Numbered from the stretch's first letter, positions 38,384 to 49,830 are shown. The stretch is DNA of 64,000 nt from Sphingorhabdus sp. (GCF_041916035.1 NZ_JAYSAI010000001.1), one strand, 5' to 3'. Notes: generated by a model from the sequence alone, not told the origin. Made by a program: numbers and translations.

Positions 38384-39820
38384 ATGGCCAGCGCAGTCGA
38401 AACCCTTATTCGCGGAGCCGTCACCAAAGGTGTGATGAAGGTTGCGGAATTCAACCGCGAACATCGCAAGGCACCGGCCATGCATCCCTATCTGTCCGGC
38501 ATCCACGCGCCGATGGATGCAGAACTCTCGCTGGACATGCTGCGCGTGACCGGTGATATCCCGACCGAACTTGACGGTCGCTACATCCGTATCGGCCCCA
38601 ATCCGATCAGCGCCAACCCGGCCGCCTATCACTGGTTCCTGGGTGACGGAATGGTCCACGGCGTGCGTTTGCAGGGCGGCAAGGCGCTCTGGTATCGCAA
38701 CCGGTGGATCCGTTCGAATGCGGTAAGCGCGGCGCTGGGCGAGCCGCCCGCACCCGGTGAGCGCGCCGACCGGTCCGACACCGTCAACACCAACGTCCTG
38801 GGGCATGCCGGACAAACATGGGCGGTTGTCGAGGCGGGCGGTTTTCCCGTCCGCATCGATGAAGAACTCAACACGATCGCGCACGATCCCTTTGGTGGAA
38901 CTTTGCATTACGCCTTTTCCGCGCATCCGCACCTTGATCCGGATAGCGGTGAAATGCACGCCATCTGCTACAAGGCAACCGTGCCTGACACGATCTGGCA
39001 TGTCGTTGTCGATTCCGCTGGCAAGGTTGTCAGGGAAGAAGCGGTAGCCGTGCAGCACGGCCCGATGATCCACGACTGCATGATCACCAAGAATTACGTG
39101 ATCATCCTCGACATGCCCTGCACCTTCTCGATGAAGGCGCTGATTTCGGGCCACCCCTTTCCCTATCGCTGGAACCCCGAGCACGCGGCGCGCGTCGGCC
39201 TGCTGCCGCGCAATGGCAGCGGGGCCGATGTCGTCTGGTGCGATGTCGAGCCTTGCTATGTCTTCCATCCGTGCAACGGCTTCGATACCGACGACGGCAA
39301 AGTCATTCTTGACGTTTGCGCACATGACCAGATGTTCCGTCCGGACGCCACAGGCCCCGATTCAACCCGGGTGCCGTTCGAACGCTGGACAATCGATCCG
39401 GCGGCCAGGCGGGTCGATCGCATGACGGTAGACGCGGAATCGCAGGAATTCCCGCGCCCCAACGAAGACCGCATCGGCAAATCCTATCGCTATGCCTATG
39501 CGATGGCGTTGCCCGACGGGTTCGACACCGCCTCACCTAACCAGTCCAAACTGTTCAAGCACGATCTGGAGGCCGGTGGAAAACAGGTGCACGACTTTGG
39601 CGCGGGTCATATCCCCGGCGAATTTGTTTTCGTGCCGCGAAAGGACGGCACCGCTGAGGATGCCGGTTGGCTAATGGGCTATGTCGTCAACATCGCCGAC
39701 GAAACGACTGATCTGGTAATCCTGGACGCGCAGGATTTCGAGGGGATTCCGGTCGCGACCGTGCATATCCCGCACCGCATCCCGCCCGGTTTCCACGGCA
39801 ATTGGGTGCCTGCCGCCTGA
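38384..39820 (+). CDS. Carotenoid cleavage oxygenase family dioxygenase (RPE65/lignostilbene/apocarotenoid family)
   Basis: HWFLGDGMVHG, NTNV, FSAHPH, MIHDC, YVFH, EFPR, EFVFVP, GFHGNW. Confidence 0.93.
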   Translation: MASAVETLIRGAVTKGVMKVAEFNREHRKAPAMHPYLSGIHAPMDAELSLDMLRVTGDIPTELDGRYIRIGPNPISANPAAYHWFLGDGMVHGVRLQGGKALWYRNRWIRSNAVSAALGEPPAPGERADRSDTVNTNVLGHAGQTWAVVEAGGFPVRIDEELNTIAHDPFGGTLHYAFSAHPHLDPDSGEMHAICYKATVPDTIWHVVVDSAGKVVREEAVAVQHGPMIHDCMITKNYVIILDMPCTFSMKALISGHPFPYRWNPEHAARVGLLPRNGSGADVVWCDVEPCYVFHPCNGFDTDDGKVILDVCAHDQMFRPDATGPDSTRVPFERWTIDPAARRVDRMTVDAESQEFPRPNEDRIGKSYRYAYAMALPDGFDTASPNQSKLFKHDLEAGGKQVHDFGAGHIPGEFVFVPRKDGTAEDAGWLMGYVVNIADETTDLVILDAQDFEGIPVATVHIPHRIPPGFHGNWVPAA

Positions 39821-40004
39821 AAGAGTGAAATAGGAGCCGGATGACCCGCCGAAAAATCGTTACGGCTGCTTCCGTCAGGATCTGACCGGGTTGGCGACGA
39901 CAGCGCCCATCCGACTCCCGCAGCGCATATGGCAGCAGTTCCCGCGATTATCAAGCACCGCCATCCGGCAAACTTTATATACCGGATTTCAGCATCTTGT
40001 GCGC

Positions 40005-40020
40005 CTAACCGGTCCTTAAC
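40005..40020. promoter_or_regulatory. CtrA-like box upstream of the PilZ gene
   Basis: CTAA-N7-TTAAC (consensus TTAA-N7-TTAAC) plus a second TTAAC half-site at 40040-40044. Confidence 0.55.
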
Positions 40021-40088
40021 CATATATTGTCGGGGCCGATTAACCTTGTTGGTGCAGGGTCAACCATCCGAAAGCAGGATCATTTGGC

Positions 40089-40433
40089 ATGAACATGTCG
40101 GACACCATCGACCCAACCTCGCTGCGCTACGATAGTGCTGCACTGGAAGATCGCTGCGCACCGCGCATCAAGATCCGAATTCCCGCAATGCTGCGCCAGT
40201 CGGGAAATACGGGATTTACCGTTGTGGTGACCGATCTGTCCATTGCCGGCTTTCAGTGCGAAGCGTTGACGGGCATGCCGCCCGGATCGCGGTGCTGGCT
40301 CGCCTTGCCCGGATTGTCCCCTATTCAGGCCGAACTGGTCTGGAACAACGGACGCGCGGTCGGATGTGCGTTCAGCAACATCCTGAACGAAGCGGTGCTC
40401 GATTCGATCCTGCGACGCTTTGCCCTCGCCTGA
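40089..40433 (+). CDS. PilZ domain protein
   Basis: DRCAPRI (RxxxR), DLSIAG (DxSxxG). Confidence 0.87.
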   Translation: MNMSDTIDPTSLRYDSAALEDRCAPRIKIRIPAMLRQSGNTGFTVVVTDLSIAGFQCEALTGMPPGSRCWLALPGLSPIQAELVWNNGRAVGCAFSNILNEAVLDSILRRFALA

Positions 40434-40439
40434 GCGCGT

Positions 40440-41450
40440 TCAGAACAGCCTGGTAAGCATGTAGAAGCTCGCACCGACAATTGCGGACGCGGGCACCGTC
40501 AGCACCCACGCCGTCAGCAGATTGCTTGCCATGCCCCAGCGCACCGCGGAAGCGCGCCGCGCTGTTCCTGCGCCGATCACGGCACCGGTGATGGTATGCG
40601 TCGTGGAAACGGGAATGCCGAGCGCGGACGCACTGAACAGCATGATCGATCCGCCCAGCGAGGCGCTGAACCCCTGATGTTGCGATAGCTTGGTGATCTT
40701 TGTGCCCATCGTTTCGATGATCTTCCAGCCGCCACATGCCGTGCCAAGGCCAATCGCGATGTAGCAGCTTATCGCTACCCAGTGCGGAATATGGAACTCT
40801 CCATGCAGATATCCGGTCGAATAGAGCAGCACCGCAATGATACCCATCGTCTTCTGCGCGTCGTTCAGGCCATGGCTGAGCGAATAGGCGGCCGACGACA
40901 TGATGTGCATCACCTTCATCCCGCTCTCGGCCTTGCTGGCGGTCGCATTTCTGAGCGCCCATGAACTCGCCAGCATCACCAGCATGGCAAATATCATGCC
41001 GAGTGCGGGCGAGAGGAAGATGAAAATGATCGTCTTGTTAAGACCAGCCCACTGCACCGCGCCAAAGCCGTTCGCAGCAACGCCCGATCCGATAATCCCC
41101 CCTACCAGCGCATGCGAGGAGGAGGAAGGGATGCCCTTGATCCAGGTGAGGATGTTCCAGAACATCGCCCCGCACAGCGCGCCAAACACCACCGCCGGAG
41201 TTACCAGATCCTTGTCGATCAGGCCCTTGCCGATCGTATCGGCCACCTTGTGCAGCCAGGGGAAATAGAGCGTCAGGAAATAAGCGGCAAAGTTGAAGAA
41301 GGCGGCAAACATCACCGCATGAAACGGCTTGAGCAATTTGGTCGAAACAATCGTCGCGATCGAATTTGCCGCGTCGTGCAGCCCGTTCAGAAAATCGAAC
41401 AGCAGCGCGAGGACAACCAGACCGACCAAAAGCGGAAAGGCGATTTCCAT
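40440..41450 (-). CDS. Inorganic phosphate transporter (PiT family)
   Basis: NGLHDAANSIAT and SHGLNDAQKTMG signatures; GIPVSTTH. Confidence 0.93.
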   Translation of the reverse strand: MEIAFPLLVGLVVLALLFDFLNGLHDAANSIATIVSTKLLKPFHAVMFAAFFNFAAYFLTLYFPWLHKVADTIGKGLIDKDLVTPAVVFGALCGAMFWNILTWIKGIPSSSSHALVGGIIGSGVAANGFGAVQWAGLNKTIIFIFLSPALGMIFAMLVMLASSWALRNATASKAESGMKVMHIMSSAAYSLSHGLNDAQKTMGIIAVLLYSTGYLHGEFHIPHWVAISCYIAIGLGTACGGWKIIETMGTKITKLSQHQGFSASLGGSIMLFSASALGIPVSTTHTITGAVIGAGTARRASAVRWGMASNLLTAWVLTVPASAIVGASFYMLTRLF

Positions 41451-41465
41451 GTTCGGCCTCCCGGC

Positions 41466-42110
41466 TCAGGCGTGATCGATGACGAGGCCGTCAATCTGGT
41501 TTGCGACATCCTCGAACTTGTCGCAGACCTTTTCGAGATGGCGGTAGATTTCGTTCACGACGACGAACTGGGTCGGATCGGATTTGCCATGTTCGACATA
41601 GGCCTTGCGCAGCCCGTCAAAGTTCAGCTTGTCGGCATCACCTTCCAGCTTGACCAGACGTGCGGTCATTTCGTGCAGCGGCTTTGCATTGCCGGTTACG
41701 TCGCGCAACAGCGGCAAAGCCTGATCGATGATCGCCGATGCCTCGACAATGATATCCGCCATGCCGACCATTTCAGGCGTGAATGTGGTCACATCATAGA
41801 GTTCGACGGCGCCCGCAGTCTGCTGCATCTGGTCAACCGCATCATCCATCACGCCAATCAGGGCGGTAATCGCACCCCGGTCGAACGGCGTCAGAAATAT
41901 CCGGCGCACATCCTGCAGCACGTCGCGAATGATGTCGTCGGCCTTATGCTCTTCATCCTCGATGGTCTTGATATGCGCCGCAATGTCGGGGCCACCCCGG
42001 ACGAGTTTTGCCAATGCCTGCGAACTGGCCACGATCGTCTTGCCATGTGCTTCGAACTGTTCGAAAAAATTGCCCGTCTTCGGAAGCAGTTTCTGAAACC
42101 AAGCGAACAT
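41466..42110 (-). CDS. DUF47 (PhoU-like) Pit accessory protein
   Basis: EHKADDI, FLTPFDRG, D.CEDVAN-like motif; upstream of pit in the usual order. Confidence 0.9.
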   Translation of the reverse strand: MFAWFQKLLPKTGNFFEQFEAHGKTIVASSQALAKLVRGGPDIAAHIKTIEDEEHKADDIIRDVLQDVRRIFLTPFDRGAITALIGVMDDAVDQMQQTAGAVELYDVTTFTPEMVGMADIIVEASAIIDQALPLLRDVTGNAKPLHEMTARLVKLEGDADKLNFDGLRKAYVEHGKSDPTQFVVVNEIYRHLEKVCDKFEDVANQIDGLVIDHA

Positions 42111-42159
42111 AAATCCCCCTGACCCGACATTTCAACGGAGCGCGAATCGCTCTCTCAGA

Positions 42160-42199
42160 CGGTCATGGTTCTGTAGTGATTTTGTTATGCTTTCGTAAC
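42160..42199 (+). promoter_or_regulatory. Pho-box array (four heptamers at an 11-bp period)
   Basis: CGGTCAT-N4-CTGTAGT-N4-TTGTTAT-N4-TCGTAAC versus consensus CTGTCAT-N4, between the divergent DUF47-pit and phoR genes. Confidence 0.6.
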
Positions 42200-42292
42200 A
42201 GGCTTCTGGAATATGGCGTGCAAATTTGTTGAAAACCGCAACCGGCGACTCATTTCGGTTGTGCAATCCGCGCCGGGAAATATGCTTGCCCT

Positions 42293-43279
42293 ATGCCTGA
42301 ACTGGCCAACCAGCTGCTTTCATTGATCGACACGCCGATTCTGCGGTTGGTGGGCGAGCGCGTCGACTTTGCAAATCCGGCGGCGCAGGCGCTGCTTGGC
42401 CAGCATATCGGGCAGCAGGACATCCGCCTTGCGCTGCGCGATCCAAAGGCGGTCGAACTTGTCCGCTCGGGGCAAAGCGGCCGGACGAAATTGTCCGGAC
42501 TTTCGGTGACCGGCAGCATCTGGGAGATGGAATGCCACATCATCGGCGAAGACCGGCGGATGATAACGCTGACCGACCTGTCGGTGCAGGTCAGCGTCGC
42601 CCGGGCGCACGCCGATTTTGTTGCCAATGCCAGTCACGAACTCCGCACGCCGCTGACCGCTATTCTGGGATATGTGGAAACATTGAAGGACCCCAAGGCG
42701 GGCGATGATCCCGCGACGCGCGGCCGCTTTCTCGACATCATTGGCAACGAAGCGCGGCGGATGCAGGCGCTGGTTTCTGACCTGATGTCGCTGTCGCGGA
42801 TCGAAGCCGTCCGTCATCAGGTGCCGACCGACCGCGCCGATCTGGCGGCAATTGCAAGGGAAGTGATTGGCGAGCGGACGCGCGACGAGGAAGTGCGTTT
42901 CGACACCAACCGCGACAATGTGGAACTTGCGGGCGATGCGGGCCAGTTGGCGCAGGCGGTTCGCAATCTGGTCGACAATGCGGTCAAATATGGAAAATCA
43001 GGCAAGGGCGTGACGGTGTCGCTGGAAGCAACCGACCGGGGCTGGGTAACCCTTGCCATCCGCGACTTTGGGGAGGGCATCAGCCCCGAACATCTGCCGC
43101 GTCTGACCGAACGCTTTTATCGCACAGACACGGCGCGCAGCCGCGCCGAAGGCGGAACCGGTCTTGGCCTTGCCATTGTGAAACATATTGTCGAACGCCA
43201 TCGGGGCCGGTTCGACATCAGCAGTCGCAGCGGCGAAGGAACGGTCGCCACGATAATGTTGCCAATCGATCAGCTTTAG
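42293..43279 (+). CDS. phoR: PhoR-like sensor histidine kinase without an evident transmembrane segment
   Basis: DFVANASHELRTPL, NLVDNAVKY, HLPRLTERFYRTD.ARSR..GGTGLGLAIVKHI. Confidence 0.85.
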   Translation: MPELANQLLSLIDTPILRLVGERVDFANPAAQALLGQHIGQQDIRLALRDPKAVELVRSGQSGRTKLSGLSVTGSIWEMECHIIGEDRRMITLTDLSVQVSVARAHADFVANASHELRTPLTAILGYVETLKDPKAGDDPATRGRFLDIIGNEARRMQALVSDLMSLSRIEAVRHQVPTDRADLAAIAREVIGERTRDEEVRFDTNRDNVELAGDAGQLAQAVRNLVDNAVKYGKSGKGVTVSLEATDRGWVTLAIRDFGEGISPEHLPRLTERFYRTDTARSRAEGGTGLGLAIVKHIVERHRGRFDISSRSGEGTVATIMLPIDQL

Positions 43280-43329
43280 TGGCGCGCCATGCCCGGTACC
43301 GGGCTGGCAAGCGGGTTGCGGCGGAACCC

Positions 43330-43881
43330 TCAGACGTCAATTTCCCGGTGTTCGCCCGGCAGTAGTCCGTCCAGATTCCACGCCCCAACCGCCCAGCGAA
43401 CGAGGCGCAGCGTCGGAAAACCGACCGCCGCCGTCATCCGGCGCACCTGACGGTTGCGGCCTTCGCGGATGGTGAGGCTGATCCAGCAATCGGGCACCGA
43501 TTTGCGGAAACGCACCGGCGGATCGCGCGGCCAGAGTTGCGGGTCGTCGATACGTTCCGCTTCGGCGGGCAAGGTCATGCCATCCTTCAATCGCACGCCC
43601 TTGCGTAATGTTTCGAGAGCGGCATCATCGATATCGCCTTCGACTTGCACCAGATAGGTTTTGGGCATCTTGTGCCTGGGCTCGGCAATCCGCGCCTGCA
43701 ATCGCCCGTCGCCGGTGAGCAGCAACAGCCCTTCGCTGTCCATATCCAGCCTGCCTGCCGGGTAAACACCGGGTACATCGATAAAGCCGGACAGCGTGGG
43801 ACGCGGCGATCCGGCCGTGCCCCTGTCGGTAAATTGCGGCAGCACGCCATAGGGTTTGTTGAAGAGGATCAGCCGCGACAT
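43330..43881 (-). CDS. Pseudouridine synthase (RsuA/RluE family)
   Basis: [31 protein letters not shown]. Confidence 0.92.
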   Translation of the reverse strand: MSRLILFNKPYGVLPQFTDRGTAGSPRPTLSGFIDVPGVYPAGRLDMDSEGLLLLTGDGRLQARIAEPRHKMPKTYLVQVEGDIDDAALETLRKGVRLKDGMTLPAEAERIDDPQLWPRDPPVRFRKSVPDCWISLTIREGRNRQVRRMTAAVGFPTLRLVRWAVGAWNLDGLLPGEHREIDV

Positions 43882-43885
43882 GCGG

Positions 43886-44470
43886 TCAGGACCAGAATTT
43901 CAGCTCACCGCCGCTGTGCGGTGCCGCAACCTGCCGTGGCTCTCTTGACAGGATAGCAGCGGTAATCACACCCGACAGCGCACCGAAAAGATGCGATTCA
44001 AAAGAGACCTGTCCATCGATGGGCAAGACACCGACGACCATTCCGCCATAGAAGAAGACCACCGCCAAGCTTATCGCGATGTTCCGCCAACTGCGGTCGA
44101 ACCAGGCGAGCGCTATCACGAGGCTCCAAAGCCCGAATATCCATCCGCTTGCACCGACATGGATGTTGTCGCGCGCGAACGTCCAGACCAGTGCACCGGT
44201 AATCGAAATGATCAACAGGCTGGCCTTCAGGAAATAACGGATGCCGTTGAGCAGACATATTGCGGCCAGCACAATGAAAGCGGCCAGATTGCCAAACAGA
44301 TGCTCGAAATCTGCATGTAGCCAGGGCGCGGTAAAGATCGTGTAGGCACTACCCGCATTGCGCGGATCGATTCCGAATGCCAGAAGCGCGCCGCCCAGAA
44401 CAAGGTTCAGGATATGCACCGCGATCATCATTGCACAGATCGCCGCCAAAACTGAAATGCGCTTCGTCAT
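43886..44470 (-). CDS. Rhomboid family intramembrane serine protease
   Basis: H..FEHL.GN, GASG catalytic Ser, SFESHLFG catalytic His. Start placed at MTKRIS. Confidence 0.88.
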   Translation of the reverse strand: MTKRISVLAAICAMMIAVHILNLVLGGALLAFGIDPRNAGSAYTIFTAPWLHADFEHLFGNLAAFIVLAAICLLNGIRYFLKASLLIISITGALVWTFARDNIHVGASGWIFGLWSLVIALAWFDRSWRNIAISLAVVFFYGGMVVGVLPIDGQVSFESHLFGALSGVITAAILSREPRQVAAPHSGGELKFWS

Positions 44471-44507
44471 GGCTGACGCTGTAAGGGCTGCGTGGCCGGT
44501 TTCCAAC

Positions 44508-44539
44508 AAAAAGGGGCCGGAGAGTTTCCCCTCCGGCCC
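44508..44539 (-). terminator. Intrinsic terminator after groL
   Basis: Minus strand GGGCCGGAG-GGGAAACT-CTCCGGCCC-CTTTTT. Confidence 0.85.
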
Positions 44540-44571
44540 GCTTGATTTCGGCCTGAACCGTACGGCGGACT

Positions 44572-46230
<1,659 letters not shown>

Positions 46231-46291
46231 TCAATAAATGGCGGATTCTTCAGAAAGTAGAGGGCAAACCCACCCCCTGTCAGACCGGTGT

Positions 46292-46579
46292 TCAGCCGAC
46301 GATTCCCAGAATGTCCGATTCCTTCATGATCAGCAGTTCTTCGCCGTCGATCTTGACTTCGGTGCCCGACCATTTGCCGAACAGGATCTTGTCGCCAGCC
46401 TTGACGTCGGGCTTGATGCGATCGCCATCTTCATTGTACGCGCCTTCGCCTACAGCGACGACTTCGCCTTCTTGCGGCTTTTCCTTGGCGCTATCGGGGA
46501 TGATGATCCCGCCAGCGGTTTTTTCCTCTGCCTCGACACGACGGACGAGGACGCGGTCATGCAACGGACGAAATTTCAT
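46292..46579 (-). CDS. groS: Co-chaperonin GroES
   Basis: [17 protein letters not shown]. Confidence 0.99.
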   Translation of the reverse strand: MKFRPLHDRVLVRRVEAEEKTAGGIIIPDSAKEKPQEGEVVAVGEGAYNEDGDRIKPDVKAGDKILFGKWSGTEVKIDGEELLIMKESDILGIVG

Positions 46580-46654
46580 GACATGCCTTCCTTACTTGGG
46601 TTGATGACACAAGGGAGGAACGGAAAAACGCTCTCCCCGGCGCCTGAATATCAA

Positions 46655-46681
46655 TTAGCACTCGCCTTAAACGAGTGCTAA
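46655..46681. promoter_or_regulatory. CIRCE element (HrcA operator)
   Basis: Perfect TTAGCACTC-N9-GAGTGCTAA. Confidence 0.98.
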
Positions 46682-46689
46682 CGGCGTCC

Positions 46690-46717
46690 AGATAGGGATT
46701 ATCAACGCGGGGTCAAG
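46690..46717 (-). promoter_or_regulatory. RpoH (sigma32) promoter of groESL
   Basis: Minus strand CTTGAC-N14-CCCTATCT, directly upstream of CIRCE. Confidence 0.75.
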
Positions 46718-46748
46718 CGCAGCGATATGAAAAAATTTCGCCATGCCT

Positions 46749-46774
46749 GTAACGCGACACGCCTTTGCCCCGAA
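46749..46774 (+). promoter_or_regulatory. SigF (ECF16)-type promoter of the bufferin operon
   Basis: GTAACG-N16-CGAA versus the Caulobacter SigF consensus GTAACC-N16-CGAA. Confidence 0.75.
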
Positions 46775-46852
46775 CTTCCGGTTGAGAGGCCCGGCTGGCT
46801 TCTCCGGTTCATCCCCCGACGACCGCTTTCTGAAACCAAATCTGGAGGATTT

Positions 46853-47146
46853 ATGTCCGTATCCGCTTTGAAAATTGCTGCCGCTGCCGCCGCGCTTTCC
46901 GCCGCAGCCTCGATTGCCGTTGCACCGGCCACCGCCGCCAAGCCTGCAAAGGAAAGATGCTTTGGCGTGGCGCTGAAGGGCAAGAATGATTGCGCCGCAG
47001 GACCGGGCACCAGCTGTGCCGGCACCTCAACCGCCGACTATCAGGGCAGTGCCTGGAAATATGTCGCCAAGGGCAGCTGCACGAAAATGGGCGGCACGCT
47101 TGAAGCACATGCCGGAAATGCCAAGCCGGTTCCGAAAAAGCGCTGA
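46853..47146 (+). CDS. bufA1: Bufferin-type RiPP precursor (DUF2282, BufA1)
   Basis: Signal peptide, then [39 protein letters not shown] (4 Cys). Confidence 0.93.
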   Translation: MSVSALKIAAAAAALSAAASIAVAPATAAKPAKERCFGVALKGKNDCAAGPGTSCAGTSTADYQGSAWKYVAKGSCTKMGGTLEAHAGNAKPVPKKR

Positions 47147-47253
47147 CTGCGCTAAGGTCGAAATCCACCAGATGTAGGTTCGAGGTGCCAGGTCGGCCTC
47201 AAAACCCCGAACCTGCGTCAAATGGATCCTGACCCTGACTATTGCGGATGGAC

Positions 47254-48129
47254 ATGACGGCACCTGCATCCGGAAAAAGCGGCCCGTTTCCGGCCCTCCC
47301 CGCGCACGCCGGGATCGGGTTGAAGCCGCAGCATTATGAAGCCGTACTCGACGCACAGGCCCAACCGGGTCGCCCCGCCTGGGTTGAGGTTCATCCGCAA
47401 AACTATTTCTGTGACGGCGGCCCGCCGCACCGCTGGCTGTCCGTCGTCGCGGAGCAATATCCGCTAAGCTTTCATTCGGTCGGCCTGTCGCTTGGCTCCG
47501 CAGACGGGGTGATCGCAGATCAGCTCGACCGGCTGGCATCGCTGTGCGAGCGCTACAAACCGGCAATGGTATCAGACCATCTCAGCTTCAGCGGCAGCGC
47601 GCATGATCGCTTTGCCGACCTGTTGCCGGTTCCCTATACCAGCGAGGCGCTGGATCATTTCGCCGCACAGGTTGATCGCGTCCAGCAACGGATCGGCCGC
47701 CAGATGCTGATCGAAAACCCGTCCTGCTATCTGGCCTATGCCGACAACGAGATGACCGAGCCCTGCTTCCTCACCCGCCTGACAGAGATCACCGGATGCG
47801 GACTCCTCCTCGACATCAACAATATTGTCGTGACGACCGGCAATCTGGGCGGCGATCCGCGGGCATGGCTGGCGCAGATCGAACCGGACCGGGTCGGCGA
47901 AATCCATCTGGCTGGCCATGCGACTGAAATCCACGACAGCGGGCCGCTTTATATCGACGATCATGGCAGTCCGGTCGGTGACATGGCGTGGATGCTCTAT
48001 TTCGACTTCATCACCGCCCATGGAGCCAAACCGACGCTTGTCGAATGGGACACCGACACGCCGGACTATGCCACCTATATGGCCGAGGCCCACAAGGCAC
48101 AGGCGATCATCGATGCCGTCGCTGGCTGA
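47254..48129 (+). CDS. bufB: DUF692 multinuclear non-heme iron oxidase (MNIO, BufB)
   Basis: GIGLK.QH, EVHPQNY, HSVGLSLGS, SDHLS, ENPS.Y, LLDINN, EIHLAGH, IDDHG, EWD. Confidence 0.95.
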   Translation: MTAPASGKSGPFPALPAHAGIGLKPQHYEAVLDAQAQPGRPAWVEVHPQNYFCDGGPPHRWLSVVAEQYPLSFHSVGLSLGSADGVIADQLDRLASLCERYKPAMVSDHLSFSGSAHDRFADLLPVPYTSEALDHFAAQVDRVQQRIGRQMLIENPSCYLAYADNEMTEPCFLTRLTEITGCGLLLDINNIVVTTGNLGGDPRAWLAQIEPDRVGEIHLAGHATEIHDSGPLYIDDHGSPVGDMAWMLYFDFITAHGAKPTLVEWDTDTPDYATYMAEAHKAQAIIDAVAG

Positions 48130-48838
48130 AACGCAGCGCAACTTCATTGCGACGGTCAATGAAGGGCCCGGCGCGCTCGATGCCCGGCTGTTCGCTGGTA
48201 TGCCCGACCGTATCATCCTTGGTCTGAAGGCCCATGCGAATACCATAAGCCATGCGCGCCTTGTTGCGCTGGAGGCGAGTTTCCCGCTGACCCGCGCCGA
48301 AATCGGCGAGGCACGGTTCAATGCGATATGCCGGGATTATACAGATACGGCCTATGCCAGAGGCAGCGATATTGCGCTGATCGGTCGCGACTTCGCAAAC
48401 TTCCTCGAATCGGCGGCAGCATCGCCTGCCATTTGCGACCTGGCGGCGGTAGAATGGGCCTGGCTCGAAAGCCATCATGCCGCCGATGCTGGCCCGCTGC
48501 TGCTCGCCGATATTGCTGCGCTGGACGACGGTGGCTTGCTGGCGCTGCAGGTCATCCTCCATCCGGCTGCGCGGCTCGTCAAAGTCCGGTCAGCACTGGC
48601 AAATCCGCTTGCGCATCTGGCGCAAGGCAGGGATGCGGCGATCCTCATCAGCCGTCCCGAAGCCGAAGTTCGCCTGCTGGCCATCGACGAGCGGACATGT
48701 AATGCCGCGCATCATTGCCTGCATCCCACAACCATCGGTAACCTTTTGGCACTTGCCAGCGAACAGGCGGAAGAAGCCGACGCCATCGGACCGGCCATGA
48801 CGCTGATCGGCGCCGGTGCGCTGGTCGTGATGGAGTGA
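48113..48838 (+). CDS. bufC: DUF2063 partner protein (BufC)
   Basis: MPSLAETQRNF...LEASFP..R..IG..F...EWAW; overlaps the bufB stop. Confidence 0.85.
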   Translation: MPSLAETQRNFIATVNEGPGALDARLFAGMPDRIILGLKAHANTISHARLVALEASFPLTRAEIGEARFNAICRDYTDTAYARGSDIALIGRDFANFLESAAASPAICDLAAVEWAWLESHHAADAGPLLLADIAALDDGGLLALQVILHPAARLVKVRSALANPLAHLAQGRDAAILISRPEAEVRLLAIDERTCNAAHHCLHPTTIGNLLALASEQAEEADAIGPAMTLIGAGALVVME

Positions 48839-48841
48839 AAG

Positions 48842-49306
48842 ATGTTGGCGACACTTACCCGATATTATGGCCGCCTGGTCGCGCTGCTATCGGCGCGCCT
48901 GCCTGAATCGCTACTGCTTCTTTTCGTGCGCGTCGTTCTCGCGGGCATCTTCTGGCGCTCGGGCCGCACCAAGGTCGATGAAGGCAGCTGGATTTCGGTA
49001 AGCGACAGCGCGCGAACATTGTTCGGCGAAGACCCTTTCAACAAGGTGCCCTTGCTGCCACCGGACATGGCGGCCTATCTGACCACTTATGCGGAACATA
49101 TCTTGCCCGCGCTGCTGGTGTTGGGACTGTTCACACGGCTGTCGGCGCTGGCATTGCTGGGCATGACTTTGGTCATCCAGCTCTTTGTCTTCCCGGATGC
49201 CTGGTGGCCGGTGCACAGCCTGTGGGTCGCGCTTGAACTGGTGCTGATCGTGCGTGGCGGCGGCGGCCTTTCGACCGACGCGCTGCTCGCAGGTCGCCGC
49301 GCATGA
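48842..49306 (+). CDS. bufD: DoxX family membrane protein (BufD)
   Basis: FWRSGRTKV, LGLFTRLSALAL, QLFVFP, GGG.LS.D. Confidence 0.9.
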   Translation: MLATLTRYYGRLVALLSARLPESLLLLFVRVVLAGIFWRSGRTKVDEGSWISVSDSARTLFGEDPFNKVPLLPPDMAAYLTTYAEHILPALLVLGLFTRLSALALLGMTLVIQLFVFPDAWWPVHSLWVALELVLIVRGGGGLSTDALLAGRRA

Positions 49307-49830
49307 TCGCGAACGAGGAAGGGCTGCGCAGGCTGATGCAGATGTCGCAAACCGGCGACAAGCAGGCCTATGCCGTCCTTCTCGAACAATGCAGCGCATG
49401 GCTCGTGCGATATTACCGCCAGAAAATTGCAGCCGACGCGATTGACGATCTGGTTCAGGAAACGCTGATCTCGCTCCATCGCAAGCGGGCAAGTTACGAT
49501 CCCGCGCGCCCATTCCTGCCATGGCTTGCCGCGATCGCGCGCTATCGCTGGGTTGACAGGCTTCGGCAAAGTTACCGGCAGCAGGCCGAGGCGCTCGACC
49601 AGCATGATGCGGCCGAAGAAAGCCACGAAGAGGTTGTCGGTGCCCGCATCAGTATCGACCGGCTGCTTGGCCTTCTTCCTGCCCCGCAGTCCGATGTGAT
49701 CCGCATCGTCAAGATTGATGGCCACAGCATCGCCGATGCCTGCCGGCAGACCGGCCAGTCGGAAGCGCTGGTCAAGGTGAATATCCATCGCGGCCTGAAG
49801 AAGCTCGCCGCCCTGATCGAGAATGATTGA
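49303..49830 (+). CDS. sigF: ECF sigma factor (ECF16/SigF type)
   Basis: DDLVQETL, YDPARPFLPW..IARYRWVDRLR, VKVNIHRGLKKL. Confidence 0.88.
   Translation: MIANEEGLRRLMQMSQTGDKQAYAVLLEQCSAWLVRYYRQKIAADAIDDLVQETLISLHRKRASYDPARPFLPWLAAIARYRWVDRLRQSYRQQAEALDQHDAAEESHEEVVGARISIDRLLGLLPAPQSDVIRIVKIDGHSIADACRQTGQSEALVKVNIHRGLKKLAALIEND

Noticed and set aside
39679-40023. 114-aa minus-strand ORF with a hydrophobic stretch
   Set aside because: Overlaps the oxygenase 3' end by 140 bp, has no convincing SD/start and no family motif; a small protein cannot be excluded but is unsupported.
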